DNA of 64,000 bases from Macrostomum lignano (Eukaryota), in contig NIVC01000644.1 of NCBI GenBank assembly GCA_002269645.1, forward strand, positions 62,001 through 126,000. Direction: 5' to 3'. A program made the position numbers and the translations under genes. Numbering within the stretch: position 1 is the first letter of the stretch; each line of letters begins with the position of its first letter. The notes under the pieces are model-generated. The model had not been told where the DNA came from, ran no database searches, and worked only from the letters and a program-made list of their open reading frames with translations. Positions 25,415 through 38,138 of the stretch are shown here, piece after piece.

Positions 25415-28400
25415 TCAGAGCAGCAGGACTCGGTGATTCTCCGAGTCCACAACGGCCAGCTGGCCGGTGCTCAGCACGCACACGCAAGCTGGCCGGTTCA
25501 GCTGGCCGATTTTGCTGCCATTGGAGCCGAAGGCGCGGACGAAGGCGCCGCGCGAATTCAAAATCTGCAGCCGATGGTTGCGCGCCTCGCAGATGATGAT
25601 GTTGCCCTCGAGGTCCACGGCGATGCCCTGGGGGATTTGGGGATTTTTTTGAAACTAGAGATTTAGGGATCTCATAAGAAAAGAAATTGTGGATTTTTAT
25701 GAAACTTGGGACATCGTTAGGATTTTTGATAAATGGGGATTTGGGGATTTTTGATAAATCTAAATTTGTTTTTTTTTGGATTTTTGATAAATGATAGGGG
25801 GTGGGGATTTGGGATTTTTTTATAACTGTGGATTAGGGATTTTTTAGAATCGAGGGATTTGGGGATTTTTTACGCTATGAATTCGGGGGATTTTTTAGAA
25901 TCTGGGATTTAGGGATTTTAATTATAACTAGTGGATTTGGGATCTTTTAAAATCAGCGATGAATTTAGGGATTTTTGGAATCTGGAGATTAGGATTTTTT
26001 ATAACCATGGATTTATGGATTTTTTAGAATCTGGGGATCTGGGGATTTTAATTATAACTATGGATTTGGGATATTTTAGAATCAGGGAATTTTAAGATTT
26101 CTAAAAATAAAACTGGGGATTTGGGGATTTTAATGGAATATTTGAATAAAAAAATAATGAAACGGCAAGCACTGACCTGAGGACGGCAGAACTGGCCCGG
26201 CCCCTGGCCTTCGACGCCCATGAACCTGACCTGCGAGAAGTCGGACTCAATCACCAGGAAGCGATGCAGATTGAAGTCGGTGCACAGCAGCTGGCCAGAG
26301 GAGGTGAACACGATGCCCCTCGGGCAGTCAAAGCTTTTGATTCCGGCAAAGCCGGGGCTGCGGGCGATGGAGAACTCGGTGACGTAATCGCCATCCTCCG
26401 AGAACAGCTGGATGCGGTGGTTGCGAGAGTCTGCCACGGCCAGACGGCCGGCCTTGCCCACAGCCAGATCCCAGGGATAGTTGAACTCGCCCGGGCCCTT
26501 GCCCTGCTTGCCGAACACGCGGATGAACTGCCCGGTCCACGTGAACACCTGCGGTGAGGCCGGCGAGGGAACTCAAGCTTGAAGGGTGCGGAAAGGGTTG
26601 GGCCTGAAGGTTCAGGTGGAAATATTGGCCTGAAGGTTCAGGTGGAAATATTGGCCTGAAGGTTCAGGTGGAAATATTGGCCTGAAGGTTCAGGTGGAAA
26701 TATTGGCCTGAAGGTTCAGGTGGAAATATTGGCCTGAAGGTTCAGGTGGAAATATTGGCCTGAAGGTTCAGGTGACAATATTGACCTGAAGGTTCAGGTG
26801 GAAATATTGGCCTGAAGGTTCAGGTGGAAACATTGGCCTGAAGGTTCAGGTGGAAACATTGGCCTGAAGGTTCAGGTGGAAATATTGGCCTGAAGGTTCA
26901 GGAGAAGCATGGTGTCCTGAAGGTTCAGGAGAAGCATGGTGTCCTGAAGGTTCAGGAGAAGCATGGTGTCCTGAAGGTTCAGGAGAAGCATGGTGTCCTG
27001 AAGGTTCAGGAGAAGCATGGTGTCCTGAAGGTTCAGGAGAAGCATGGTGTCCTGAAGGTTCAGGAGAAGCATGGTGTCCTGAAGGTTCAAGAGAAGCATG
27101 GTGTCCTGAAGGTTCAGGAGAAGCATGGTGTCCTGAAGGTTCAGGAGAAGCATGGTGTCCTGAAAGTTCAGGAGAAGCATGGTGTCCTGAAGGTTCAGGA
27201 GAAGCATGGTGTCCTGAAAGTTCAGGAGAAGCATGGTGTCCTGAAGGTTCAGGAGAAGCATGGTGTCCTGAAATTTCAGGAGAAGCATGGTGTCCTGAAG
27301 GTTCAGGAGAAGCATGGTGTCCTGAAAGTTCAGGAGAAGCATGGTGTCCTGAAGGTTCAGGAGAAGCATGGTGTCCTGAAAGTTCAGGAGAAGCATGGTG
27401 TCCTGAAGGTTCAGGAGAAGCATGGTGTCCTGAAGGTTCAGGAGAAGCATGGTTCAGGAGAAGCATAGTGAAGGATCAAAATTTAATGTCCGGGAGAGCT
27501 TCAGTCCTGTATGTTCAGACGCCAAAGGCCGGGCGCACCTGAACCCGGTGGTTATCCTTGTCGGCAACGTAGATTCTTTTGTCGGAGCTCAGACAGACGC
27601 CTGCGGGCCGGTTGAACTCGCCAGGCCCCTCGCCACGCTGGCCGAACTTTCGCAGGAAGCTGCCGGAGCTGTGCACAATCTTGATCTGGTTGTTGGACCG
27701 GTCTGCAATCACCAGGTTGTCCGCATTGTCGGCGCAGATGCCCCAAGGCCGGTTGAATTCCAGATCGCCGTCGCCTTGACGACCGATGACGCGAACGTCC
27801 GAGCCCAGCTGGGCGTAGTCGCGGGCCTCCAGGGCCGGCAGGACGAAGGGCGAGCCGGGCACGTGGCGGCCGCGGAGCCGCAGGTTGACGGTGATCCGGC
27901 CGGGCCGCTCCGGCACCAGCGTCACCTGCAGACGGGGAGTAATTTTGGGGAGTTTGAAGTGGGATTTATAGATTTTCTTTGGGATTTCCAGTGATTAGCG
28001 ACTGGGTTTTCAGGCAACCTATGGGATTTCTTGGAAAATTATGGGATTTCCTAATGAATTATGGGATTTCCTGGCGAATTATGGGAATTTCCGGTTAATT
28101 ATGGGAATTCCTGCTGAATTATGGGATTTTCTGGTGAACTATGAGATTTCCTGGTGAATTATGGGATTTCCTGGTGAATTATGGGATTTCCTAATGAATT
28201 ATGGGATTTCCTGGCGAATTATGGGAATTCCCGGTTAATTATGGGAATTCCTGCTGAATTATGGGATTTCCTGGTGAACTATGAGATTTCCTGGTGAATT
28301 ATGGGATTTCCTGGTGAATTATGGGATTTCCTGGTGAACTATAGGATTTCCTGGTGAATTATGGGATTTCCTAATGAATTGTGGGATTTCCTCGTGAATT

Positions 28401-30962
28401 ATGGGATTTTCTGGAGAATTATAGGATTTCATTGTTAATAGGTTAATTAGGAAGCGGCCGCACCTGGTACTGTCCCGGAAAGCTCAGCGGCTGCACCTGG
28501 CCGTAGGGATTGAGAGCGGCTGCATCGGCGCAGTCCAATCTCAGGTGCAAATCAATTTCATTGGCCGACACGGTGCAGGGCTGGCGCAGGTGGTCGAACA
28601 CCAGCAGGCGGAAGGCGAACGGCTTGCCAACGAAGGCCTTGTCGCCGTTGGCCAGGGCCAGGCGGCAGAACTGGGCGCAGGCGCTGCTGTACACTGCGCA
28701 GCTGGTGCGCACCAGCCGGGCCAAGTCCAGCGGCGGCTGCACCGAGAACAGGCGCTCGTCCTCCCACGGCTGAGGTGGGTCAGGAGGAATCAGATTGACT
28801 GCTTAAGGTCATGGAAATCAGACTGACAGATTTGAGGTTCGGGGGAGGGGTCATTGGGGCCAGATAATAGATAGACAGTTCAGGGGAGGTCAGACTTGAG
28901 GATAGGGGGTCAAGGGGGTCATGTACTAGATGGACAGTTCAGGGGAGGGCAGACTTGAGGATAGGGGGTCAAGGGGGTCATGTACTAGATGGACAGTTCA
29001 GGGGAGGTCAGACTTGAGGATAGGGGGATAAAGGGGGTCAGGTACTAGATGGACAGTTCAGGGGAGGTCAGACTTGAGGATAGGGGGGTCAAGGGGGTCA
29101 GGTACTAGATAGACAGTTCAGGGGAGGTCAAACTTGAGGATAGGGGGGTCAAGGGGGTCATGTACTAGATGGACAGTTCAATGGAGGTCAGACTTGAGGA
29201 TAGGGGGGTCACGGGGTCAGGTATTGAATGGACAGTTCTTAGGAAGATCAAAGAAGGCACAAAAGCAGCCATCCAGCCAGCCGCACCTGCAGCAGGTAGG
29301 TGAGATCGGCTCCGGCCCCAGCCTCGATGAGAGCGGCCCGCTGCTCCTGAAGGGTGGCCAGTTTCAGGGTCTTGACCTGCAGCAGGGCGGACGCGAGCTG
29401 ACTCTCCCGCTCGGCAACCAGGTCGCGCAGCTGCCTGAAGTGCGCCCGCACCCGCTGGGCGACCTCGTCGTACTGGGCGGCGACGCTGTTCTCCTTCTGC
29501 TCCAGCCGCTCGATGGCGCCCGATACAGCCGGCTGGCCCGCGCCGCCGACCTGCCGGCTCCACGGCGGCAGCAGCGGCCGCTTGCTGGCGCCGGCACTCG
29601 GGCTACCCGGACCGGCGGCCGACGGCGGGGTCGGAGAGGACGCCGCCGCCGCAGCCGCAGCCGCTGCAAGCGGTACGAGGCGACTGGAGGTGGCGCCAAC
29701 CGGCCCAGAGCAGAGGGAGGAGTGGCGGCCGCTGCCGACACAGTCAGGACAGACGCGCTGGCGACAAGACGGGCAGACCGACTGCGGGATGGGAAAGGCG
29801 TTTTCTAGAGGTCACACGAGGTCAAATATCAGCCTGGATCTTAGCAATTGAGCTCGTAAGAATAAATTTCAGAAAAAAGTTTATAGATGTCAAACAAGGT
29901 CAACAGATGTCAAACAAGGTCAACAGATGTTAAACAAGGTCAACAGATGTCAAACAAGGTCAACAGATGTCAAAAAAGGTTAACGGATGTCAAACAAGGT
30001 CACAGATGTCAAAAAAGGTTAACGGATGTCAAACAAGGTCACAGATGTCAAAAAAGGTTAACGGATGTCAAACAAGGTCACAGATGTCAAACAAGGTCAC
30101 ACATCTCAAACAAAGTCAACATATGTCTAACAAAGTCAGAAGATGTCAAACAAGGTCAACATATGTCTAACAAAGTCAACAGATGTCAAACAAGGTCAAC
30201 ATATGTCTAACAAAGTCAACAGATGTCAAACAAGGTCACAGATGTCAAACAAGGTTACACATCTCAAACAAGGTCAACATATGTCTAACAAAGTCAAAAG
30301 ATTTCAAACAAGGTCACAGATGTCAAACAAGGTCGCAGATGTCAAACAAGGTCACAGATGTCAAACAAGGTCGCAGATGTCAGTCAGATCACAGAGGTGC
30401 AAAGATTGTAAATCAGTACCTGAGTACTGCAAGAGGCTTGGCAGTGACAGCAGCTTGAGTAGCCTCCGCCTCCCCCGAATCCAGCGACACTGGAAGGCGA
30501 CCGGAGCCCGCCGACAGCGCCGTTAGTCAGCGGCTGACGAGTTGGCGAAGCAGCGTCAGACCAGAAAGGCGACGCAGCCGGCGGCAGCAGGAAGTCGGCG
30601 CCGTTGCTGGAGCCGGCAGGCGAGGCCGAGTTGTGGTTGTCGTGAAGCTGAAGGCCCAAGGACAGAAACCGGCTGCTGCCGATGGCTTGAGCAGATGGTT
30701 GAGCACTGCTAGACGATGAAGGCATCTGCGGCTGCTGCTGAGCGAAGGACTTCTCAGAGACCAGACTCAGGCCGGACAGCCCGGTGTCCAGAAACAGCTG
30801 CTGCTGCTGAGTCAAGAAGTCTTCGCCACCGCCGCGACCATCGTCAACAAGAGGAAACAGCTGGGCCGCCGCTGCGCTGCCACCGCAGCTGCTGACGATG
30901 CCGAAGGCGCCGCCGCTGTACAGGTCCTCGCCGACTCCGCGCGAGTTATTAATATCGGACAT
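25415..30962 (-). CDS. TRIM71: TRIM-NHL protein LIN-41/TRIM71 orthologue, about 771 aa (B-box-like, coiled coil, filamin, 6 NHL; no RING); exons 30962-30420, 29781-29287, 28769-28464, 27925-27539, 26548-26177, 25627-25415
   Basis: Six phase-0 GT-AG exons. NHL repeats closely match recalled TRIM71 (RPWGI..IADRSNNQI, FNRPAGV..VADKDNHRVQVF, FNYPWDLAV..DSRNHRIQLF, FDCPRGI..TDFNLHR, FCRPQGIAVD). Filamin end GRHVPGSPF. B-box-like CCHC..CPSCRQRVCPDC..H spans the exon 1/2 junction. Confidence 0.92.
25630..26140. repeat. Degenerate ggatttggggatttttt repeat (TRIM71 intron 5)
   Basis: Recurrent motif, diverged units. Confidence 0.8.
26600..27465. repeat. Two adjacent 26- and 27-bp minisatellites sharing the palindromic core cctgaaggttcagg (TRIM71 intron 4)
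   Basis: About 11 units of ggcctgaaggttcaggtggaaatatt, then about 21 of gtcctgaaggttcaggagaagcatggt. Confidence 0.96.
27950..28435. repeat. 20-bp minisatellite gaattatgggatttcctggt (TRIM71 intron 3)
   Basis: About 20 units. Confidence 0.93.
28860..29240. repeat. About 60-bp G-rich minisatellite (TRIM71 intron 2)
   Basis: Six units of gatggacagttcaggggaggtcagacttgaggatagggggtcaagggggtcatgtacta. Confidence 0.93.
29885..30382. repeat. 19-20 bp minisatellite cagatgtcaaacaaggtcaa (TRIM71 intron 1)
   Basis: About 25 units with variants. Confidence 0.93.
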
Positions 30963-31127
30963 GGGCGCTTGCGTGATTGATAATTAAACAGTTAATTAGT
31001 GACTCGGATAAGACTCGAGACAGCTGATCTCAATTCAAATTTGGCCAAGTCGGGGGCCGGTCGGGCGCAGCACAAAGAGGCGCGCCAGCAATTGCAGATC
31101 GTTCTGATGCAGGTAAGTTGATGGCTG

Positions 31128-31365
31128 GACACTGGGCGCCTAATCTGCTAATTGCGAATTAGTCTAAATTAGACACTGGGCGCCTAATCTGCTAATTGTG
31201 AATTAGTCTAAATTAGACACTGGGCGCCTAATCTGCTAATTGTGAATTAGTCTAAATTAGACACTGGGCGCCTAATCTGCTAATTGTGAATTAGTCTAAA
31301 TTAGACACTGGGCACCTAATTTGCTAATTAGTCTAAATCAGACACTGGGCGCCCAATCCGCTAAT
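31128..31365. repeat. 44-bp minisatellite gacactgggcgcctaatctgctaattgtgaattagtctaaatta upstream of TRIM71
   Basis: About 5 units. Confidence 0.92.
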
Positions 31366-32213
31366 TAAAATCGCCAAAATATTCTAACGCAGGCTTGTAA
31401 ACTTCTATTTCAAGCCGAAAATTTCAAATTTGTTAGAAAACGCCAATAATCCTACTAAAAGTAGCAATATAAGTAAAATGACAGAAAAATAATTAGCAAA
31501 AGCAGAATTTCAATTGGTAGTAAGATAATATATTTAGCTAAATGATTCGCAGACAGACAAACAGATGGGAAGTCAACAGACACGATTACCATAGCAACAA
31601 ACAGATACGAGCGCTTTGTCGACTACCAGATTTCACTTGTTACAAAGAATACAATACCCTGAATTATTTTAAAAAAACGTTAAGAATCAAATGGAAAATG
31701 CCAGGCGTCACCCCGCGTGTCATCAGCCTTTTTAACTTTTAATTTGTATGTAAAAACTACACAAATGAAATAAGAGTTAAAGTTGACGCAGAACACACAA
31801 CACTTACAGAATGAGTAAGAGAATTTAGAAAAAAATTAACAAAAATAATTAATTATAAATAAATAAAACGAGACGAACTGATCATTGCGCACAGCTGATG
31901 CAACAATTTATACATATTTTATGCAGTTTGCTGCCAAGTTTACGCGCGCACTTACTACTACACTACTGCTAGTAATATATAATAGGTAGTATACTGTATA
32001 CAGAGTTTGCTCACATTATTCAGCAAAACTTATAATTGTTAATAAGAGTGAATTAATGTATTCATTAGCGGCAAACAGTTAATAAAGCTGACCGGGACCT
32101 CACATTGAGTTGCAGAATTGCAAATGTACGACCGAATTCAGCGTATGGCCTACATCAGCTGGAATTGGAGAAGTACGGCTTGGAGTTGCATTGCTGCAGC
32201 ACAAATCTGCCAT

Positions 32214-35200
32214 CTAAGCAAAGCTTTCATAATTCAAAGCAGACTGACAGGCAGTCCTCACCTCTTTAATAGCGTCCTTGATGAATGGCTTGCGATCCGA
32301 GATGTCTATTGGCTCGAATTTGGCGTACACCTGGGTGGTCATTGGTTTCAGGTGTGTTTATATACAGGGGTTAATGGTATGTTTATATACAGGGGTTAAT
32401 GGTGTGTTTATATGCCTTTATGGTGTGTTTATATACAGGGGTTAATGGTCTGTTTATATACAGGGTTAATGGTGTGTCTATATGCCTTTATGGTGTGTTT
32501 ATATACAGGGTTAATGGTGTGTTTATATGCCTTTATGGTGTGTTTATATACAGGGGTTAATGGTGTGTTTATACACAGGGTTAATGGTGTGTTTATACAC
32601 GGGTAAATGGTGTGTTTATATACAGGGTTAATGGTGCTTACATGGCTTTATAGTGTTTATACATTGGCTAATGGTGTGTTTATACAGCGGTTAATTGTGT
32701 ATTTATACAGTGGCTAATGGTGTGTTTATACAGCGGTTAATGGTGTGTTTATACAGTGGTTATTGGTGTATTTATACAGCGGTTAATGGTGTGTTTATAC
32801 AGTGGTTATTGGTGTATTTATACAGCGGTTAATAATGCGTTTATAGAGTGGTTATTGGTGTGTTTATTATCGGTTTATGGTCTGTCTATACAGTGGTTAA
32901 TGGTGTGTTTACAAAGGCTTATGGTGTTTTTATCAGCGGCTAGTGTTTATGATGTATTTATACAGTGGTTAAAGATGTTTATCATCGGTTTATGGTGTGT
33001 TTATATGGTTTTCTGTAGTTTATAGGGGTTCCTTGTTGTGTTTAGAGTATGTTTGGTTGTGCTCAGAGTCAGCCCAAATAAAGATAGCGAATTCGAAGAC
33101 AAACTGCACAGCTGGCTGCTAGTGAAGGCAGACTCACCTGCTTAATAGCCTGGCTGAGCATGAGATTGTCCAAGTCCGCCTTGGCCAGCACATCCGCCAC
33201 CGCCTGCTTGATCTCTTCATCAGTTGGCGGCTTCTTTGGCGACTCCTGTTCTTCCGGCGCAGTCTTCAGCTTCTTCAGCGGCATGTCGTCTTCGTCTGAC
33301 GAGTCGGCTGCCGCCCCGCCGTCAGAGTCCGACGACACCGACGCCTTGCGCTTGCGGCTGGCGCCACCGGCCGGCTGCCTCTTGGCTGGCGAAGCCGCCT
33401 TCTTTGCTGGCGTCTTCTTTTTCGTCTTTTGCAGCTTTTTCTTTTTTTTCTTGGCGTCGGAATCGTCGGAGTCGGAGGCGTCGGACCCGCTGCTGCTGCT
33501 GCTGCTCACCTGGTCGTCTTCTTCTTCCTCCCCTTCGCTGCCGCTGCTGGCGGCCGCTTTCTTAGCCGGCTTCTTCTTTTTGCCAGCCGATTTGCTGCTA
33601 GAAGCAGCAGACTTGGATTTCGAAGACTTGGAGGATTTCTTCTTGCCGCCGCGGCCCTCCTGCATTAGCTGGAATGACAGCTTCTTCGGCGGCTTCTTGC
33701 CGTTGTCGAACGGCTTAACAAGAAACTCGCACAGTCGCTGCGCCATGTCGCGGGTTCCGCCGCCGCTACCCTGCGAGCGCTCCAGGTCCAGCGCGAACAG
33801 GCTCTTCTTCAGCTCCTTCACCTTGCGCGACGCCGCCCGGTCAACCAGGCGTTCGAATTCTTTCGAATCTTTGCTAAACTCGAAGCCGTTGAATTCAAGC
33901 AGGTTCTTTCGAATTTCGTTGGCCACGCCGGAGCGGTTGAAGATGAGGCTGTGCAGCAGCTTCAGGTCGTCCGGCTTGCTCTGGTACATGAAGTACAGCA
34001 CCCGGGGGCAGTCCCGCAGCTTCGTGCCCCGGCCCTGGGGCAGCACAACCCGGCTGTCCACGTGCTGCTGGTACTGCTTGTCAATCACCTCCGATAGGCG
34101 CTCCACCTGCGCAAGGTCAGAGTTTAATTGGGTTTGTTAGCGTCCCTAGCAACGAGATAAAACCTTAATTAGCGTCTTTGGAAAGAGTAAATCAAGTTAG
34201 CGTCCCTAGAAAATAGGTGTTGCTAATCCTTGCTCAAATAATCATAGCAACAAGGTAGCTCGAGCACCTGTCCTCATAGCAACAAGGCAGTTCGAGCATC
34301 TGTCCCCATAGCAACACGGTAATTCGAGCATTTGTCACCATAGCAACAAGGCAACTCGAGCATTTTTACCATAGCGACAAGGCAATTCGAGCATCTGTCC
34401 CCATAGCAACAAGGCAATTGGAGACCCTGTCTCATAGCAACAAGGCAACTCGAGCATTTGTCCCCTTAGAAACAAGTAAATTAGAGCATCTGTCCCCATA
34501 CCAACAAGGCAATTGGAGACCTTGTCTCATAGCAACAAGGCAACTCGAGCATTTGTCCCCTTAGCTCGTAGAAACGATTAAATTAGAGCATCTGTCCCCA
34601 TAGAAACAAGGCGACTCTAGCATTTGTATCCATAGCAACAAGGCAGTTCGAATCTGTCCCATAGCAACAAGCGACTCAAGGGTTTGTAACCTTCGAGCTT
34701 CGAGAATCTGTCCCCATATAGCATCAAGACAACTTAAGCATATGGCCTCTGCACCAAGGCAACTCGAGCATTTGTCCCATAGCAACAAGGTAGTTCAAGC
34801 CTGTCTCCATAGCAACAAGGTGATTAGAGTCTGTCCCCATAGCAACAAGGACAATAAATTTATAAGAACGCACGCATATTTGGGAATTCCAGTTCTTAAA
34901 GAGTGCAGTTTTTTTACCTTCTTTCTATCCCGCCGCATCCCCTCGCGACTTGGCGTTGGTGGAGCCGGCGACTCGGCTGGTCGACGACTTTTCTGCGTTG
35001 GCGAAGCCTTCGGCTTTGGCTTGGCCGCCTGCTTTTTCTCATTGGCTTCCTTAGAAGCTCCAGCAGGCTCACTGTTCTCCATCTTCTCCTCGGCAGACTT
35101 AGCTGGAGAATCGGCGCCATTGGAAGCCACCGGGCTGGCTTTCAAGTTGTCTGCGGCGGCGGCGGCGGAGTCTCCGCTGGGTGCAGCTGGGGCCGACTGG

Positions 35201-35220
35201 TCGCCAGTTTCAGTTGCCAT
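32214..35220 (-). CDS. DEK: DEK chromatin protein; exons 35220-34918, 34106-33138, 32330-32262(32214). C-terminus uncertain: read-through to TAG 32214, or a short intron and last exon ending near 32150
   Basis: GRGTKLRDCPRVLYFMYQSKPDDLKLLHSLIFNRSGVANEIRKNLLEFNGFEF matches the recalled DEK N-terminal/SAP region; PPTDEEIKQAVADVLAKADLDNLMLSQAIKQ|VYAKFEPIDISDRKPFIKDAIKE is DEK-C; phase-0 GT-AG joins. Confidence 0.92.
32360..33010. repeat. Degenerate about 25-bp minisatellite tggtgtgtttatatacaggggttaa (DEK intron 2)
   Basis: Tandem units decaying toward the right. Confidence 0.9.
34130..34850. repeat. About 32-bp minisatellite cgagcatctgtccccatagcaacaaggcaatt (DEK intron 1); units contain X-box-like motifs
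   Basis: About 18 diverged units. Confidence 0.88.
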
Positions 35221-35838
35221 GGGCCTGATTGCGATGCAGCATGCATGGTATTGCCAGTAATTATAATTGTTTTTGAGCATAATAAATGATGCTCTACAAC
35301 TAATAATGAGCATTTCTATTTGTATGCATCAGTAAAACCTAGAGTGATCGGAGCCCAAATGTACTTTTAATGGACAAAAACCATTGCAAACAATTCCTAC
35401 ATAGGACAAGCATACTGTATATGCTGCACCAGCAACACATTACTAAAAGTAGCTTTATGGACGAGACTGCGAAGATCAAATTTCTCAGTTGCCAAGCCAT
35501 GAGCAATAGAAGATGATCTACAGAAATGCTCAACTAAAGAGTCATGACTACAGCGAGGAGATATCAGCAAGGTTTCTAAGAAAAAGAATATGCTCAAATA
35601 TTCTTAGTAAGCCACTAAATGAAGTTAATAAAGGTCAGATTAAAGATCTGGCTAACACTATTATATATTATCTACCAAATACAATAATTGACATTATTAT
35701 CAACACTGCTGACTAGCATATATAAACTACTATTTTACAAATCTGAGTAGACATGCATGCCAAGATTAAAGCTGCTATAAATGGTCAAGCTATAAATTTT
35801 GGGCAGAATACCTAGTTTTCTAATGATATAACTATAAC

Positions 35839-37492
35839 CAGTGTTGGGCACCATTAATGAAAATCTTAACTTCCATTAATAGCAAAAGTGTTAGCGTTAA
35901 AACAAAAAAATCTTAACTTTTTAACTCCTAATTTTGTTAAGTTAACTGAAAGTTAACTGATAATTGTTAATAAGCGTTAATCCGTTAAAGTTAATACAGA
36001 AAATACGGAAATCTTGCACGTTTTTTCCAAAACAGACTTCATATTGCACGTCTTTGCTATTCCATCTTTTTAGCGAAACACAGAGGTCATCTAAGCGATT
36101 TGAAAGCTAAAAAAGTAATAAATAATCATTTTAAAAACTTGCATGCATAATACTACTAAAAGTAAAGCATATGGTAAAAAAGTAACTTATTTTATTTGAA
36201 ACTTAAAAGCTAATAATGAGAAATTCATAATTAAATATGCATAGGAAGGTTGTTTCAATACCATTAGCAGGCGCAGCAGAAAGTTGCGAAAGATTGGGAC
36301 AGAAGTGAATCAAAGCAATTGATGCTTACGCACAAGAAATAAAGTTTCACAATATTTTAATTCATTATTTTAAAGTTTATTTGTAAGAAGTTGTTAATTA
36401 CATGTACGTCTGTATGATCATCGGGCTCATTCCATATAAGATGGACATATTTGGAAAATAGAAAAAAGTCAATATTTTTGCTTGCCATTGCCTAATTAGC
36501 CTATTTTTTTACCAAATGTTTATATTGTGCAATATATACAATCTAAGAATAAAGGAATGGTAAAATGTTGGATTAGTATGTTATCAATTGGCAAAAAGTC
36601 ATTTTTGTAAAAATTTGGACATTTTTCGAAGCAAAAGACATTATTAAGATTTTGTACCTTTTAAAAACAAATAGAAAGCTTTTGAAGGTTGAAACAAACT
36701 ATAGATAAAAGTATAGTACTTGCATCATCAGATAAAAGCATTAGTGACCAAATAATCTATTATATTTTTAATGTATTAGTACCTCAAAGTTACTGAATTG
36801 ACAGAAAAAAATATGTTACGACCATAAGGCTGCCTTTTCTTTTGTATCTTTGTTGCCTTTTGAGTTTATATATTCTAATAAAAGAGTATGATTTCTAAAG
36901 ATGTTCTTAGTCAAATTTTAAAAATGTATTGCAAAATATCAAAAATGAAAAATGTTATAAGACTTTTACCTTTTAGTTTCTATATGTCAAAAATCCTGTC
37001 GTTACAACCATAAGTGTCATTTAAGGTTTAATAGCATCTACGCTCGTATACTAATGATGATATCTATATGAAACTCTATAAATATATTCTAGACAAAATA
37101 ATCTTTCATTTAAAATATTGGTTTAGTATATTCTATTATTAGATTTCATTTTATAAGTAAAAATAACCTGTCATGTTACGACCATGCTTATATGGAATGA
37201 GCCATCGTCATAAATAAAGAGATTATGTTTAGGCATATAGGTAAGCTCAAATACATTCGTAATGTTTAAACTTCTTGTAAGACATCTATTTTTGTTCCTT
37301 CTTTGCATCTTTGTTCATTGACATAGACACTACCGTTAACGATGAATTTATCGTTAATTCACAATTTTTTTAACGCAAATTCATTAATCCGTTAGTTCAA
37401 AAAAATCTTAACGACAGTCTGTTAATGTTAATGAAAAATCTTAATGCTTATTAACGCTTGAACGCTTATTAACGGACTGGTGCCCAACACTG
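35839..37492. mobile_element. Non-autonomous hAT element (about 870 bp when empty) carrying a nested MITE
   Basis: 15-bp TIR cagtgttgggcacca / tggtgcccaacactg; perfect 8-bp TSD actataac (35831-35838, 37493-37500); ttaac subterminal repeats. Confidence 0.9.
36424..37203. mobile_element. MITE family X copy 1 (780 bp), nested in the hAT element
   Basis: 17-bp TIR ggctcattccatataag / cttatatggaatgagcc; 4-bp TSD atcg; near-identical inverted copy at 47699-48491. Confidence 0.92.
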
Positions 37493-38138
37493 ACTATAAC
37501 TTTAGAAGGGCCAAGTAGAGATAAAGTTTATAGCCCTAAGACTTCTAGCTCCTAGAAAGTAGAAAACATGATTCTTAGTCCTCATGCAAGCTATAAAATA
37601 TATTAAATCTTGGCAAGCATTTGCTTGTCTAGGCTGTCCTGCTTCTAGATGGTAGTTGTATTAGCTGTGATAATAATCACAAAATCTCCAAAGTTTCATA
37701 AAATCATGGACCAATTTACTTTAAGTAGATGACATTCTAGAATATACATGCACAACTACTAGCCAACCTGGCCAATCTGGGCACTATAAATTGTTGTAAA
37801 CCAAGGGGAAGTTGCAAAAATGCCTACCCAAAAATATAGACATAGTACTAATTAGATGACGAGACATTTAGCCTTAATAAGACACTCGTAGTTACTCTTG
37901 CCATTTCTCCAAAATTGCTTAAATAGTTTTTGCTTTAGGGTCTTTTATAGGTAAGTCATATTTTTGGTCAAAAATAAAGTTGCATAGCCAGTGTAAATCA
38001 GAAGGTTGCACATGTATATTCTGGAATCTGGAAGATGTTATTCATACTAAAATTTTCTAGTATATTTAGTTTAAATAAAAAATTAGGCATTAATTAGGAT
38101 ACATTTAAGCAATGCAATTAATATAATAATATAATGAC

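Noticed and set aside
29134-29808. Antisense or alternative-frame ORFs over GC-rich exons (also 33160-34140, 34742-35260, 5999-6364, 27449-27994, 61883-62425)
   Set aside because: Shadows of true exons with high GC3; no independent homology.
31604-31612. TA|CGAGCG as a left end of the footprint-forming element
   Set aside because: No matching right end before DEK exons intervene; single isolated match.
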